Below are positions 29,636 through 39,300 of a DNA stretch of 64,000 bases, in pieces. This DNA is from Nitrosopumilus sp. (lineage in GTDB: Archaea; Thermoproteota; Nitrososphaeria; Nitrososphaerales; Nitrosopumilaceae). Where the stretch lies: NCBI GenBank assembly GCA_965238275.1, contig OZ250186.1, positions 160,001-224,000 of the forward strand, in the 5' to 3' direction. A model generated the notes under the pieces. It worked only from the letters and a program-made list of their open reading frames with translations. It had not been told where the DNA came from and ran no database searches. The position numbers and the translations under genes are program-made. How positions within the stretch are numbered: position 1 is the first letter of the stretch; the number at the start of each line of letters is the position of its first letter.

Positions 29636-30106
29636 AAGGATACAAGAACTTGCAAAAGAGTATCTTGTGGAATGGCAAGTGGTGGGAGATTATTTGCGAA
29701 AAATAAATAAAAATGAGAAAAAATTAATAAAATACGCAGACGAGGCACGGCTGCGCCTGGGTTCGGATGATTACGAGGACGGACAAAAAATGGTTTCAGA
29801 CATATTGAAACATATTGAAAAATTAAAAATCAAATTTTACATACACCGGAAAGAATCTGAACAAATTAGAATTAATATTGTTAAATTAAATCCCTACAAA
29901 AAGATGCGACCATGTCGTACACATTCCAGCTCAGCGTAAAGATCTATTGAATGGGATCGGTAAATCCTGCCGTTGGAGCGAACTTTTGGTCGTCAGTATA
30001 GGTCACTCATTTAACGCCCCATGACCGGCACCCGGTAATGTGGCAGAGCCTTGACGCGGGTTCTGTGTGATCTTAGAAGGTTACAAAAATCGTCCATATC
30101 CAACTA

Positions 30107-31361
30107 TACCAAAGATGAAAAATTGATGTGATTGTAAAATATTTTAACTCCATGTGAAATTATGCTTATTTCACGTAGCATAGTCAATGAAGATCAAGAC
30201 GATGTTGAAAAGATACGCCGCTGAGACAGACTGCGATACCAAGGACCGCATGATGCTGATCATCAGAGTCAAACGTGACGGGATAACCATGAGGGATTCT
30301 GCAAAATCCCTGGGAAAGTCAGCCTCGTGGGGCTACAAGTGGCACGAGCGCTACCTGGAAGTCGGATTTGACAGGCTGGGAAACATGCCGCGTTCCGGCA
30401 GGCCGACCAAGGCGAGCAAGGCAGACATGAAGAAGATCAGAAAGGCCGCATGCAGGAAACCTGTCTGGACGGGCATGGAGATGCAGCAATACATCCAACA
30501 GAAGACCGGAGTAAGGTACGAACTCGGATATGTGCGCCAGATACTGCGCGGGTGGGGCTATTCCCAGAAGGTTCCCGTAGGAAAACATGCAAGAAGGGCA
30601 CCTGACGAGGAGATCAGGAAATTCCAAAAAGAGATGCCAGAGCTTATAAAAAAAAGAACAGTGAAGGAACAGTCGTAGCGATACAGGACGAGTCCATAGT
30701 AATCTCCGATGCGCGGCCGCGAAGACGCGGCTACACCAGGAAGGGAATACGGGCGTTTTTCACGTACACCGGCTCACACTCCAAGACGATAATCCATGGA
30801 CTGATCACCACGGACGGCAGGGGCATGTTCCGGCAGTACGACGCGTTTACCAAGGACACCTTTGAGGACTTTCTAAGGCAGGCGATGTACAGGTTCAAGA
30901 AGATCTGCCTGATCATGGACAAGGCCTCCCAGCACAGGGCATCAAACATACGCAAACTGCTTGATGGCACAGACGGCCTGGAGATAGTCTTCCTGCCAAC
31001 TGCAACCCCGGACCTGAGCGCCATAGAGACGTACTGGAGGGATCTCAAACGGGCAGTGCTTGACGTGCCGTACACCAGCCTGAGCATGCTCCGCGAGGCG
31101 ATCACCAGGTACACGAGGTACAAAAAACCGAATCTGGTCGTTGAAAACTTTCTGTACAGGGCCATCTAGAACGACATCAAACCGCACCGGACCCACGCCG
31201 CCTAGCGTGTGCCATGCACGGCGCACCAGAGCATGCAATGTCTAATGTTCGGGGCGTCTTTTCTCGTCATTTGGGAATTCAACGCACCTCGTAATTTCCA
31301 GAGACGGCTGTTGCATCAAAAATTTATGAGCGATTTTGATATGAATTTTTCATTGCTGGTA
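30107..31361 (+). mobile_element. IS630-family element, copy 2
   Basis: TIRs TACCAAAGATGAAAAATTGAT / TACCAGCAATGAAAAATTCAT; TA at 30105-30106 and 31362-31363. Confidence 0.88.
30187..31169 (+). CDS. IS630 transposase (-1 frameshift at A-run ~30648-30655)
   Basis: Paralog of 9065-10047 with the same junction. Confidence 0.85.
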
Positions 31362-31400
31362 TATGCCATTACTATCTGCGTTAAAGGTCGGTGGTAAAAT

Positions 31401-33616
31401 GTAAGAGGTCGCCTTTACGAAGCGATTCCGTGCCTGATTTGCCCCGATTAATTACCAACTGAGCTACGTTTTCGACCATAAATACCCGATTAATTACACG
31501 TTATCAGCGTGGTCCGCAGGCAGGACAGTTTTCAAATCAAGGCTCACCTGCCGGATCTTTTGTGCCGCATTTCTCGGCAGACGCTACGTGTCCAAAAGCT
31601 TTATGGATCATGCCTTCCAGTGTTGTGGCATGGTGCCTGTAATCGACTTGGAAAAGATTGACTGGAACTCCGTAACCGACACAAAGTCCATCTTCGAATC
31701 AGTCCTTGCCATGCTCAAATCCCGGGACGAGGAGAGCGTGGCGTTGAGGAAAAACATCGAGCAGTTGAAGGAGGAGGCAGAGGCCTTCTCAGGGGAGCGC
31801 GCGATGCTGACGGAGATGGGCACCAGAATCGAACAGCTGGAGGAGGAGAACGCGCAAAAGGACTCCGAGATAGAGAATCTGGGAACAGATGTGGAGAATT
31901 TGAGTGCAGAAGTAGAGAAGCTGAGGGCAGAAAACGCCGCCCTCCTGCAGGGATGCGACGTCTCGCAGGCAGTCATGGACAGGATAGCCCGCCTGGAACG
32001 GCAGGCAGCCGAGCATGCCTCGCAGCTAAGGGAGGCGCGCGCGGCCAACTCGGCGCTGGCAGCCGAGAACCTGGGCATCAAAAGCCGCCGCTCCAAGAGG
32101 CGGCTCCGGGAGTCGCCCGGGCCTGCGCCGGACCCGTTCAGGAAGGTCGTCTGCCTGCGCACCGGCCGGAACCCTCCCCCGATATCTGAAAAGAGGCTGG
32201 TCGACCTGCACTCCTGCCCGCACGGCCACGCCCTCTCGACGGGGCCCACCGAGGTGACCTTCCGGGTAGTCGAGGAGATCATCGACGGGAAACTGACTGC
32301 CATCCAATATACAGTCGTCCGCAGGTACTGCAGGGAATGCGGCAGGCAGTTTGCCCCCGAGATCCCCGGGGTCGTCCCAGGGGGGCGGTTCGGTGCCAGC
32401 CTGACGTGCCTGGAGACTACCATGAGGATGCACGGCATCCCCTACGGCATCATCTGCAGTCTGATCAACATAATCCACCACGCAGGCCTTGCCAAGTCGA
32501 CAGTCATCAGCCACGTGGACGCCGTTACGGGATCCCTCCACCCCCTCTACGAGGAGATGCTCGGGGAGATATTCTTCTCAGAGCATGTCTTTGGCGACGA
32601 GACGAGCTGGAAGATAGCCGGGATACTGTACTGGCTGTGGGTGCTGGTAGGTGACGACTCGACTGTCTTTCACGTGGACAAGAGCCGGGGAGGCGACGTC
32701 CTGGTGTCGCTGCTTGGAGGGTACGGCGGCCACGTCACCTCCGACTCCCACGCCCCGTGGAACCGCATCGGCAAGACCCACCAAAAGTGCCACTACCACT
32801 ACCTCCGCGAGATCCTCCGCACCCTGACCATGAAATCCCCCGGACCCGAATTCAAAAAGTTTGCCAAGGCCCTGAAGGGGATAATCATCGATTCATGGTA
32901 CCCGGACAAGGGGCTTGACCCGGACGACGACGGGGCCGCGCGAAACCTCAAGGTGCGCAACCTCCAGGCCCGGGTGAGGCGCCTGATCTCTGGCAGCTAC
33001 ACAGACGCCCACTGCAAGAGGTTTGTCAAGCGGCTGCGGCGCGAGATCACCCACCTGTTCCCATTCATCCGCCTCAACACAAAGTGCCATAACAACGATG
33101 CCGAGCGTCCCCTGCGGCCCAGCGTCGCATCCCGGAAGGTCTCAGGCGGCAGCAAGAGCCTTGCCGGCGCATACAACCACGCCGTCCTGGCCACCGTCCG
33201 CGAGACGTGCAGGAGGCGCGGAGTCAACCCGCACGACTTTTTGGTCGACTACATGCACGGCCTCGTCGAAAAAATTCCGGCAGCAGCAGCAACAGTCGCA
33301 TAAATCCTGCAAAATCCACTCCCTGACTGCCCCACGCAGACCCGTCGCGCCGGCAGTCTGGCGCATGTCAGGCTGCCGTACCGGCTGTCACCCGATCCCG
33401 GCACAACTCAGCGCCCCGGCCGCGCCAAAAAAGGCCACTTCGCAAACCCGATCACCGGATCGGCCAAAACATAACTCGGCCGGACCCTCCTCCCCGCCCG
33501 GAAAAAACCCAGAATAATGCCAATTAAATGGGCATTTACAGCCGAAAACGTAGCTCGGTTGGTAATTAATCGGGGCAAATCAGGCATGGAATCGCTTCGC
33601 AAAGGCGACCTCTTAC
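31401..33616 (+). mobile_element. Second IS66-family element with ~95-bp TIRs, no TSD
   Basis: GTAAGAGGTCGCCTTT..CGAAGCGATTCC..TGCCTGATTTGCCCCGATTAATTACCAAC inverted at both ends. Confidence 0.88.
31588..33303 (+). CDS. IS66 transposase with long N-terminal coiled coil
   Basis: GDETSW, TSD, QKCHYHYLR, NNDAERPLR. Confidence 0.9.
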   Translation: MSKSFMDHAFQCCGMVPVIDLEKIDWNSVTDTKSIFESVLAMLKSRDEESVALRKNIEQLKEEAEAFSGERAMLTEMGTRIEQLEEENAQKDSEIENLGTDVENLSAEVEKLRAENAALLQGCDVSQAVMDRIARLERQAAEHASQLREARAANSALAAENLGIKSRRSKRRLRESPGPAPDPFRKVVCLRTGRNPPPISEKRLVDLHSCPHGHALSTGPTEVTFRVVEEIIDGKLTAIQYTVVRRYCRECGRQFAPEIPGVVPGGRFGASLTCLETTMRMHGIPYGIICSLINIIHHAGLAKSTVISHVDAVTGSLHPLYEEMLGEIFFSEHVFGDETSWKIAGILYWLWVLVGDDSTVFHVDKSRGGDVLVSLLGGYGGHVTSDSHAPWNRIGKTHQKCHYHYLREILRTLTMKSPGPEFKKFAKALKGIIIDSWYPDKGLDPDDDGAARNLKVRNLQARVRRLISGSYTDAHCKRFVKRLRREITHLFPFIRLNTKCHNNDAERPLRPSVASRKVSGGSKSLAGAYNHAVLATVRETCRRRGVNPHDFLVDYMHGLVEKIPAAAATVA

Positions 33617-34028
33617 AAAGAAAGGCGGAATTTCAAGACGCGTGGAACACGCACATACAAGCCAGAGATGCGCTGCCTGCGGGGTAGTGGACAAGAAATC
33701 CAGGAACGGCGAATCATTTGTCTGCGTCTCATGCGGATGGTGCCACCATGCCGACAAGAACGCGGCAAAAAACATTTTGGATAATGACTGTCTCCATACG
33801 GAGGAGACTGGCGGCCAAGCCCACGGGAATCGTGGAGGCACCATTGCAGGTGTCGAGGTCGTCACAAGGCGCGAGGATCACGGATCGGATGGTTCTGGAA
33901 TGAACAATTCGACAGGTCGGCTTGGATCCGACAACGACGACAATATTGGAAGGTCTGACAGAGCGCCGGAAAGAGCATCAGGACATGCTACAGAGAGATC
34001 TGTTTGCACGAATTTTCGCTCGCCGCTA
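33617..34028 (+). pseudogene. 3' fragment of a second copy of the TIR-bounded tnpB element
   Basis: Highly similar to 37653-38108; zinc finger + HADKNAAKNI; ends CGCCGCTA followed by TA. Confidence 0.85.
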
Positions 34029-34568
34029 TAGCAGGAATTTCATGTGACGTATGATGATTGCAGGTTGGTGTGCAGGAAAACAGGACATGCAAGAACATTT
34101 GCCAAGAGGTTTGTGGTATAAAAAAAACGGGCACATGGTGGAAGGCACAGCTCAGATCAGGCAAGATCCAAGGCATGCGGAATCTGGACAGATCATCCCG
34201 GGGCACAAAATACGGTGCGGCTGTAACAGAGAATTTGGCAGGATGGCTCTGTAACTGCTGCAGCACATGGTCATGCAGAATCCACGCGACAAGGAACACA
34301 GGAAAAGTTCAGAGGGATAAAATGATGATGACGGTGCAGAAAAATCCAAAACCCATGTTTTTCGGAACGTGGTATTTTCCCATTCTGCAGTATTTGGGAA
34401 GACAAAACATGCACATTCCATTTTGAGCGGTTCCATGGAATGCGCGTTAAAAGGCATGCCCAGAGATGCAGCGGGAGGCACCTAGGGATCCAGAGGGCAG
34501 GATGGGTTACAGTATATGGCATTTTCCTGCAGGCATACCATCACGCACAGAACCCAGATTATAATGAA

Positions 34569-34684
34569 ATGCCAGCACTGTTGCTTCCCAAGGGCTCTCG
34601 CATCTTAGTAGCACAACAGCGACATCAGGTTTGACTTCCAAGTTCGGAATGGGATTGGGTCGCACCCTGACGCTATGGCCGGCT
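34569..34684 (-). rRNA. rrf: 5S rRNA
   Basis: Reverse complement GCCGGCCATAGCG...CCCATTCCGAAC..GAAGTCAAAC...GCGAGAGCCCTTGGGAA...GTGCTGGC. Confidence 0.92.
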
Positions 34685-34789
34685 TGACTATCAACGCCAA
34701 ACCCTCATCTATTAACGTAACGCCTGACCACGTGCAGGGAACAGTCGTCTCAAAGTAGGTATAAACAAAGGTGCCATCAATACCACACC

Positions 34790-36598
34790 ATGACCCACCG
34801 CGTTGCAGTGCTTGACAAGGAGCTGTGCATGCCAAGAAAGTGCGGCCTGGAGTGCATAAAGTACTGCCCGGTCAACAAGTCAGGCGCAGACTGCATAGCA
34901 CTTGACGAGGAGACAAAGAAGGCCAGAATAGACGAGGACATCTGCAACGGCTGTGGCATATGCGTCAAGGTCTGCCCGTTTGATGCAATCACCATAGTAA
35001 ACCTGGCAACAGAGCTTGCAACAGACAAGATCCACCAGTACGGCCCCAACTCGTTCAGGCTTTACAGGCTTCCTGCACCAAAGAAGGGCCAGGTCGTCGG
35101 ACTCTTGGGAAGAAACGGGATGGGAAAGAGCACAGTCATCAACATACTCTCCGGCAGCATAAAGCCGAACCTTGGAAGGTACGAGGATCCCCCGGAATGG
35201 GACGAGATTCTGAAATATTACAGCGGAACCGAATTAAAACACCACTTTGAGATGATCATGCAAAAGCAGATCCGCGCCTCAATGAAGCCCCAGCAGGTAC
35301 ACAGCATAGCGCAGGCCTTTGGCGGGACCGGAAGGGAGCTGCTGGACAGGTACGACCAGAGGGGCGTGTCGCGTGAGATGGTAAGGGAGCTGGGCCTGCA
35401 AAACTCCATGGAGCAGCCGTTGGCTGAGCTCAGTGGGGGGGAGCTTCAGAGGCTGGCAGTGGCAGCAGCAGCCTCCCGGGATGCCGAGTTTTACTTTTTT
35501 GACGAGCCGTCCTCGTACAACGACGTATTCCAGAGGACGTCGGTGGCCCGCGTGATACAGGGGCTGGCAGACATTGGAAGGAGCGTGATGGTAGTCGAGC
35601 ACGACCTTACCCTGCTTGATTTCCTGAGCGACCAGATAGAGGTGCTGTACGGGGAGCCTGCAGCATACGGGATAGTCTCAAGCGTTCTTTCAACCAAGGT
35701 CGGAATCAACGTGTTCCTTGACGGGTACCTGCCGGGAGAAAACGTCAGGTTCAGGGACAAAAAGTTCTCCTTTGATGCATCTTCCTCATCGACTGACATA
35801 TTCCAGGAGGGAAGCGACACAGTCTCGTACCCCGGCATCACCAAGAGTTATCCCTCGTTTTCAGTGGCAGTAGAGCCGGGACGGGTGCGAAAGGGCGAGG
35901 TCCTAGGGATAATGGGCGCAAACGCCCTTGGCAAGACGACCATGATGAAGATGATTGCAGGTAATGTGGAGCCGGATACTGGCAGCATCAAACAGAACGT
36001 AAAGATAGCATACAAGCCGCAGTACCTGCAGGGCGACATTCCAGCAGAGGTGGTTACCGTGCTTGAGAGGGCAAACGGCGCCTCCATAGAGGGTAGTGCC
36101 GAAGAGGAGCAGATTCTGGAACCGCTAAAGATCAAAAAACTCTACAACAAGCAGGTAAGATCCCTGTCCGGAGGAGAGCTGCAAAAGGTTGCAGTGGCAT
36201 CGTGCCTGTTGCAGAAGGTGGACCTGTATGCGCTTGATGAGCCGTCTGCATTCCTGGACGTGGAGGACAGGATCGCAGTGGCAAAGTTCCTGCAAAAGTT
36301 CGTCCGCTCGTTTGGCAAGTCGGCAATAGTGATAGACCATGACCTGCAGCTGATGGACCTAATCTCGGACAGCATGGTGATATTTGAGGGGGAGTCTGGT
36401 GTGGCAGGCCATGCCACCTCCCCCATGCCAAAGGCTGCGGCCATGAACAGGTTTCTCAAATCCCTGGAGATCTCCTTTAGAAGGGACGAGAGAAGCCTCA
36501 GGCCCCGCGTAAACAAGGCTGGAAGCAGGCTGGACAAGAGCCAAAAGTCATCAGGCGACTTTTACTATAGTGAAAAGCGAAAGTCCGTGCAATTTTGA
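34790..36598 (+). CDS. Ribosome recycling ATPase ABCE1/RLI (C-terminus altered by element insertion)
   Basis: N-terminal Fe-S cysteines, two ABC domains (GRNGMGKS, LSGGELQ x2), RPRVNK. Confidence 0.95.
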   Translation: MTHRVAVLDKELCMPRKCGLECIKYCPVNKSGADCIALDEETKKARIDEDICNGCGICVKVCPFDAITIVNLATELATDKIHQYGPNSFRLYRLPAPKKGQVVGLLGRNGMGKSTVINILSGSIKPNLGRYEDPPEWDEILKYYSGTELKHHFEMIMQKQIRASMKPQQVHSIAQAFGGTGRELLDRYDQRGVSREMVRELGLQNSMEQPLAELSGGELQRLAVAAAASRDAEFYFFDEPSSYNDVFQRTSVARVIQGLADIGRSVMVVEHDLTLLDFLSDQIEVLYGEPAAYGIVSSVLSTKVGINVFLDGYLPGENVRFRDKKFSFDASSSSTDIFQEGSDTVSYPGITKSYPSFSVAVEPGRVRKGEVLGIMGANALGKTTMMKMIAGNVEPDTGSIKQNVKIAYKPQYLQGDIPAEVVTVLERANGASIEGSAEEEQILEPLKIKKLYNKQVRSLSGGELQKVAVASCLLQKVDLYALDEPSAFLDVEDRIAVAKFLQKFVRSFGKSAIVIDHDLQLMDLISDSMVIFEGESGVAGHATSPMPKAAAMNRFLKSLEISFRRDERSLRPRVNKAGSRLDKSQKSSGDFYYSEKRKSVQF

Positions 36599-36633
36599 GA
36601 TCCTTTTTAAGAAAATAAATCCCAACTACAGGT

Positions 36634-37995
36634 ATGATTGTCAGCAAAATCATCAAGATAACACAATCTCGGGAACTATCACGCAAGATCGTGAAGTGTT
36701 CCCGGGAAACTGACATCGTTTACGACATGACAATCATGATGAAACTTGCACATCCCAGAATCACGCAGTTTGACATCAACAACCTGATAACGAGATGGCG
36801 CAGGGAATTCAGCCTGACCAGCAGCGTCTGCATGCATGAGGCCGCCTCAAAACATGCTTTCCAGGCGGCAGTCAAATTCGGCAAGGCAAACCGGCTCAAG
36901 CACAACAAGCGCATCTGGCGCAAGAAACAGATCAAGATGGGGAAAAAGAAAACGTACAGGCACAATCGGTGGACCGAGCCGTCCGGCCTGATGAGGCGCG
37001 GCAGGAAAACAACCAGGCTGCGCTCGCTGAATTCACGCGGAAAGCCAAAACTGCGAGACAGCGGAGCCGTATTTCTGCCCGGACTCGGGGAAGTAAGGCC
37101 GCGCACGAGGGTTCCAGAAGGTAGACTGGTGTCATTCCAGATGGTTGATATCACAGGCAAAATCACGCGCAAGACCAAGGATGGTGATCGCGAATTCAAA
37201 CTGCATTTGCAGACAGAAGTCCCAGATACCGAACCCGCTACAGGCGGATGCAAGGCGGGGCTGGATCTTGGAGTCAGGCACCTTGCGGCAGTCGCAGACG
37301 AGGACGGGAACGAAAAACTGTACAATGTCCCGGGAGGCTGCAAGAGGCATGACGGCGACAGGATTGATCATCTGAAATCGCTCAGATCAAGATGCCAGAC
37401 AGGCTCCAGAAGATGGAAAGAGATCGGACGCAAGATAGCGCATGAATTGAAAAAGACATCAAACAGGCAAAAACACAACGAGATAGGCATTGCCCGTCGG
37501 ATAACAAAAGGACTGTCCGTATTGTTCTTGGAAGACCTGGATTTGACCAAGATGAGGAGATCCAACGGAGCAGCCTCAAAGACTGGGCTGAACCGCGAGA
37601 TGGCCTATTCCAGAATGGGCGAGTTCAGGATCCAGTTTGAATGGCAGATGAAAAAGAAAGGTGGAATTACAAAACGCGTGGAATCCGCACATACAAGCCA
37701 GAGATGCGCTGCCTGCCAAATAGTGGATAAAAAGTCCAGAAACGGCGAATCATTTGTCTGCACCTCATGCGGATGGTGCCACCATGCCGACAAGAACGCG
37801 GCAAAAAATATTTTTGATAGTGACTGTCTCCATACGGAGGAGACTGGCGGTCAAGCCCACGTGAATCGTGGAGGCACCATACGAGAAGATCAGGGAGGAG
37901 GTAAGAAAATCGTGGAGGCACCATTGCAGGTGTCGAGGTCGTCACAAGGCGCGAGGATCACGGATCGGGTAGTTCTGGAATGGACGACTCGATAG
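36634..37995 (+). CDS. tnpB: TnpB-family RNA-guided endonuclease with divergent N-terminus
   Basis: GLDLG, FLEDL, CAAC..CTSC, HADKNAAKNI; catalytic D-E-D intact. Confidence 0.85.
   Translation: MIVSKIIKITQSRELSRKIVKCSRETDIVYDMTIMMKLAHPRITQFDINNLITRWRREFSLTSSVCMHEAASKHAFQAAVKFGKANRLKHNKRIWRKKQIKMGKKKTYRHNRWTEPSGLMRRGRKTTRLRSLNSRGKPKLRDSGAVFLPGLGEVRPRTRVPEGRLVSFQMVDITGKITRKTKDGDREFKLHLQTEVPDTEPATGGCKAGLDLGVRHLAAVADEDGNEKLYNVPGGCKRHDGDRIDHLKSLRSRCQTGSRRWKEIGRKIAHELKKTSNRQKHNEIGIARRITKGLSVLFLEDLDLTKMRRSNGAASKTGLNREMAYSRMGEFRIQFEWQMKKKGGITKRVESAHTSQRCAACQIVDKKSRNGESFVCTSCGWCHHADKNAAKNIFDSDCLHTEETGGQAHVNRGGTIREDQGGGKKIVEAPLQVSRSSQGARITDRVVLEWTTR
37864..37924 (+). repeat. 17-bp direct repeat flanking a 27-nt IS66-like spacer
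   Basis: AATCGTGGAGGCACCAT-ACGAGAAGATCAGGGAGGAGGTAAGAA-AATCGTGGAGGCACCAT; only one repeat copy in the paralog near 33828. Confidence 0.85.
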
Positions 37996-38209
37996 GTCGG
38001 CTTGGACCCGACAGCGACGACAATATTGGAAGGTCTGACAGAGCGCCGGAAAGAGCACCAGGACATGCTACAGAGAAATCTGTTTGTACGAACTTTTGCT
38101 CGCCGCTATACAAGTGATTTACGGTGCCTCTTGTGCGGAACGGAAATCAGGACGCAATTGATCATGACCATGCCCGGAACAGGCCGCATCAGGGCAATAG
38201 CAATACCTG

Positions 38210-38809
38210 TTGAAGCATTCGGCCACAAGAGGCTCATGCGATGAACATCAAGAGGGTCATTTTTGGCCGTTATGCAATTCTGCAAATGGGTCTACTGGCA
38301 GCATCACAGATATAGAACATGCACGCAAGTGTGAGAAATTGGGAAACAACGAGTATACGCCTGACGTAAAAAAGGGCATGGAGCTGGCCGAAAGGTGGGA
38401 ATATCGCAAGGCGGCCAGGTGTTTTGAGAGGGAGATAAGGCGTAATCCTGAAAATTATACTGCGTATATAAACGGCGTTCTGATATTGTTTCGGAGTGGG
38501 CAGTACAACAAGGCACTCAGATATGCCAACAGGTCAATAGAGATAGCCCCGGCCGAATCCATGGCACATCTCAACAAGGGAGCGCTGCTCAGCGAGGTTG
38601 ATGACCATGATGGCGCAATCAGGTGTTTTGACGAGGCAATAAGACTGGATACATACGGATGGGCCGGGTATTTTAACAGGGGCATGTCGCTGATGGAACT
38701 GGGAAGGGATAAAGAGGCAGTAGAGTGTTTCGATAAGGTTCTAGAGTTGGATCCTGGCAATGAAATTGCATTCGCCAGCAGGGCAGAGCTATTGGAGAAA
38801 AATGGATAG
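38210..38809 (+). CDS. TPR protein (true start probably ~38339; likely truncated)
   Basis: ~4 TPRs (AIRCFDEAIRLD, AVECFDKVLELDP); TPR-like text continues after TAG. Confidence 0.75.
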   Translation: MKHSATRGSCDEHQEGHFWPLCNSANGSTGSITDIEHARKCEKLGNNEYTPDVKKGMELAERWEYRKAARCFEREIRRNPENYTAYINGVLILFRSGQYNKALRYANRSIEIAPAESMAHLNKGALLSEVDDHDGAIRCFDEAIRLDTYGWAGYFNRGMSLMELGRDKEAVECFDKVLELDPGNEIAFASRAELLEKNG

Positions 38810-39033
38810 CGTGGCAAGGCGACCAAATCCTTGGACAAGGTGAACAATTTAGAACCGGATGACTATGCTGCGTAGTGCCGGACATGTTGTTTCGCTCATT
38901 TTTTCATTTGGGTTGCATACAGGTACCAGTTGTTCATCTTGAAGCCACGCCGGAAAGGATAGTAAGGGTGCCTTGTTGCAAAAATTCCCGGCATCAAATG
39001 AGTGAAACATTGTGTCTGGCACTGCATGCAGTA

Positions 39034-39160
39034 TTACGTATCAACGCTGTCCGGGTCAATCTGCAGTGACGCATCAAGGCACCTTACTGCCTCCAGATAC
39101 ATTTCAAGGGAGCAGATGCAGTAGCCTGTGTTGTGGTATGCATGCGTGTGTGTAACTGAT
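39034..39160 (-). pseudogene. Detached TPR repeat fragment
   Basis: HAYHNTGYCICSLEMYLEAVRCLDASLQIDPD downstream of and separated from the long TPR gene. Confidence 0.5.
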
Positions 39161-39300
39161 CGGGATTTTGAAGTTAAATTTAGCCAATTGGTACATTGCC
39201 GGAAAAACCGTGTCGTTGTGCCTGACAGGCTGCTGCTGCAGCAGCAGCAGCACATGACGGCACGACATGGTTTGTCAGGCACCGGCCCTGCAGGTAGGCA

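Larger units (their letters stand above)
28010..29939 (+). pseudogene. Low-GC hypothetical gene split by IS66
   Basis: Removing IS + one TSD restores GTG-DSINKRIQELAKEYLVEWQVVGDYL... Confidence 0.6.
36568..38108 (+). mobile_element. Non-autonomous tnpB element with IS630-like TIRs and TA target duplication
   Basis: Left TAGTGAAAAGCGAAAGTCCGTGCAA vs right (rc) TAGCGGCGAGCAAAAGTTCGTACAA (18/25); TA on both sides; excision restores ABCE1 ...GDFYYK*. Confidence 0.75.

Noticed and set aside
34035-34047. 13-nt identity (GAATTTCATGTGA) between the flank/guide of the truncated tnpB element and the IS630 end at 10103-10115
   Set aside because: Short, AT-rich, and does not start at the guide 5' seed; cannot be distinguished from chance or an IS-end remnant
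34051-34560. Overlapping short ORFs between the tnpB remnant and 5S rRNA
   Set aside because: No recognisable motifs or consistent frame; probably degraded DNA
34569-34684. 5S rRNA unlinked from 16S/23S
   Set aside because: Normal for Nitrososphaerota
36634-37995. Calling this protein a Fanzor or Cas12
   Set aside because: RuvC motifs are canonical TnpB (DLG, EDL, D-x-NAA), without the DPG and rearranged Glu typical of Fanzors; no true array or cas1/2 nearby
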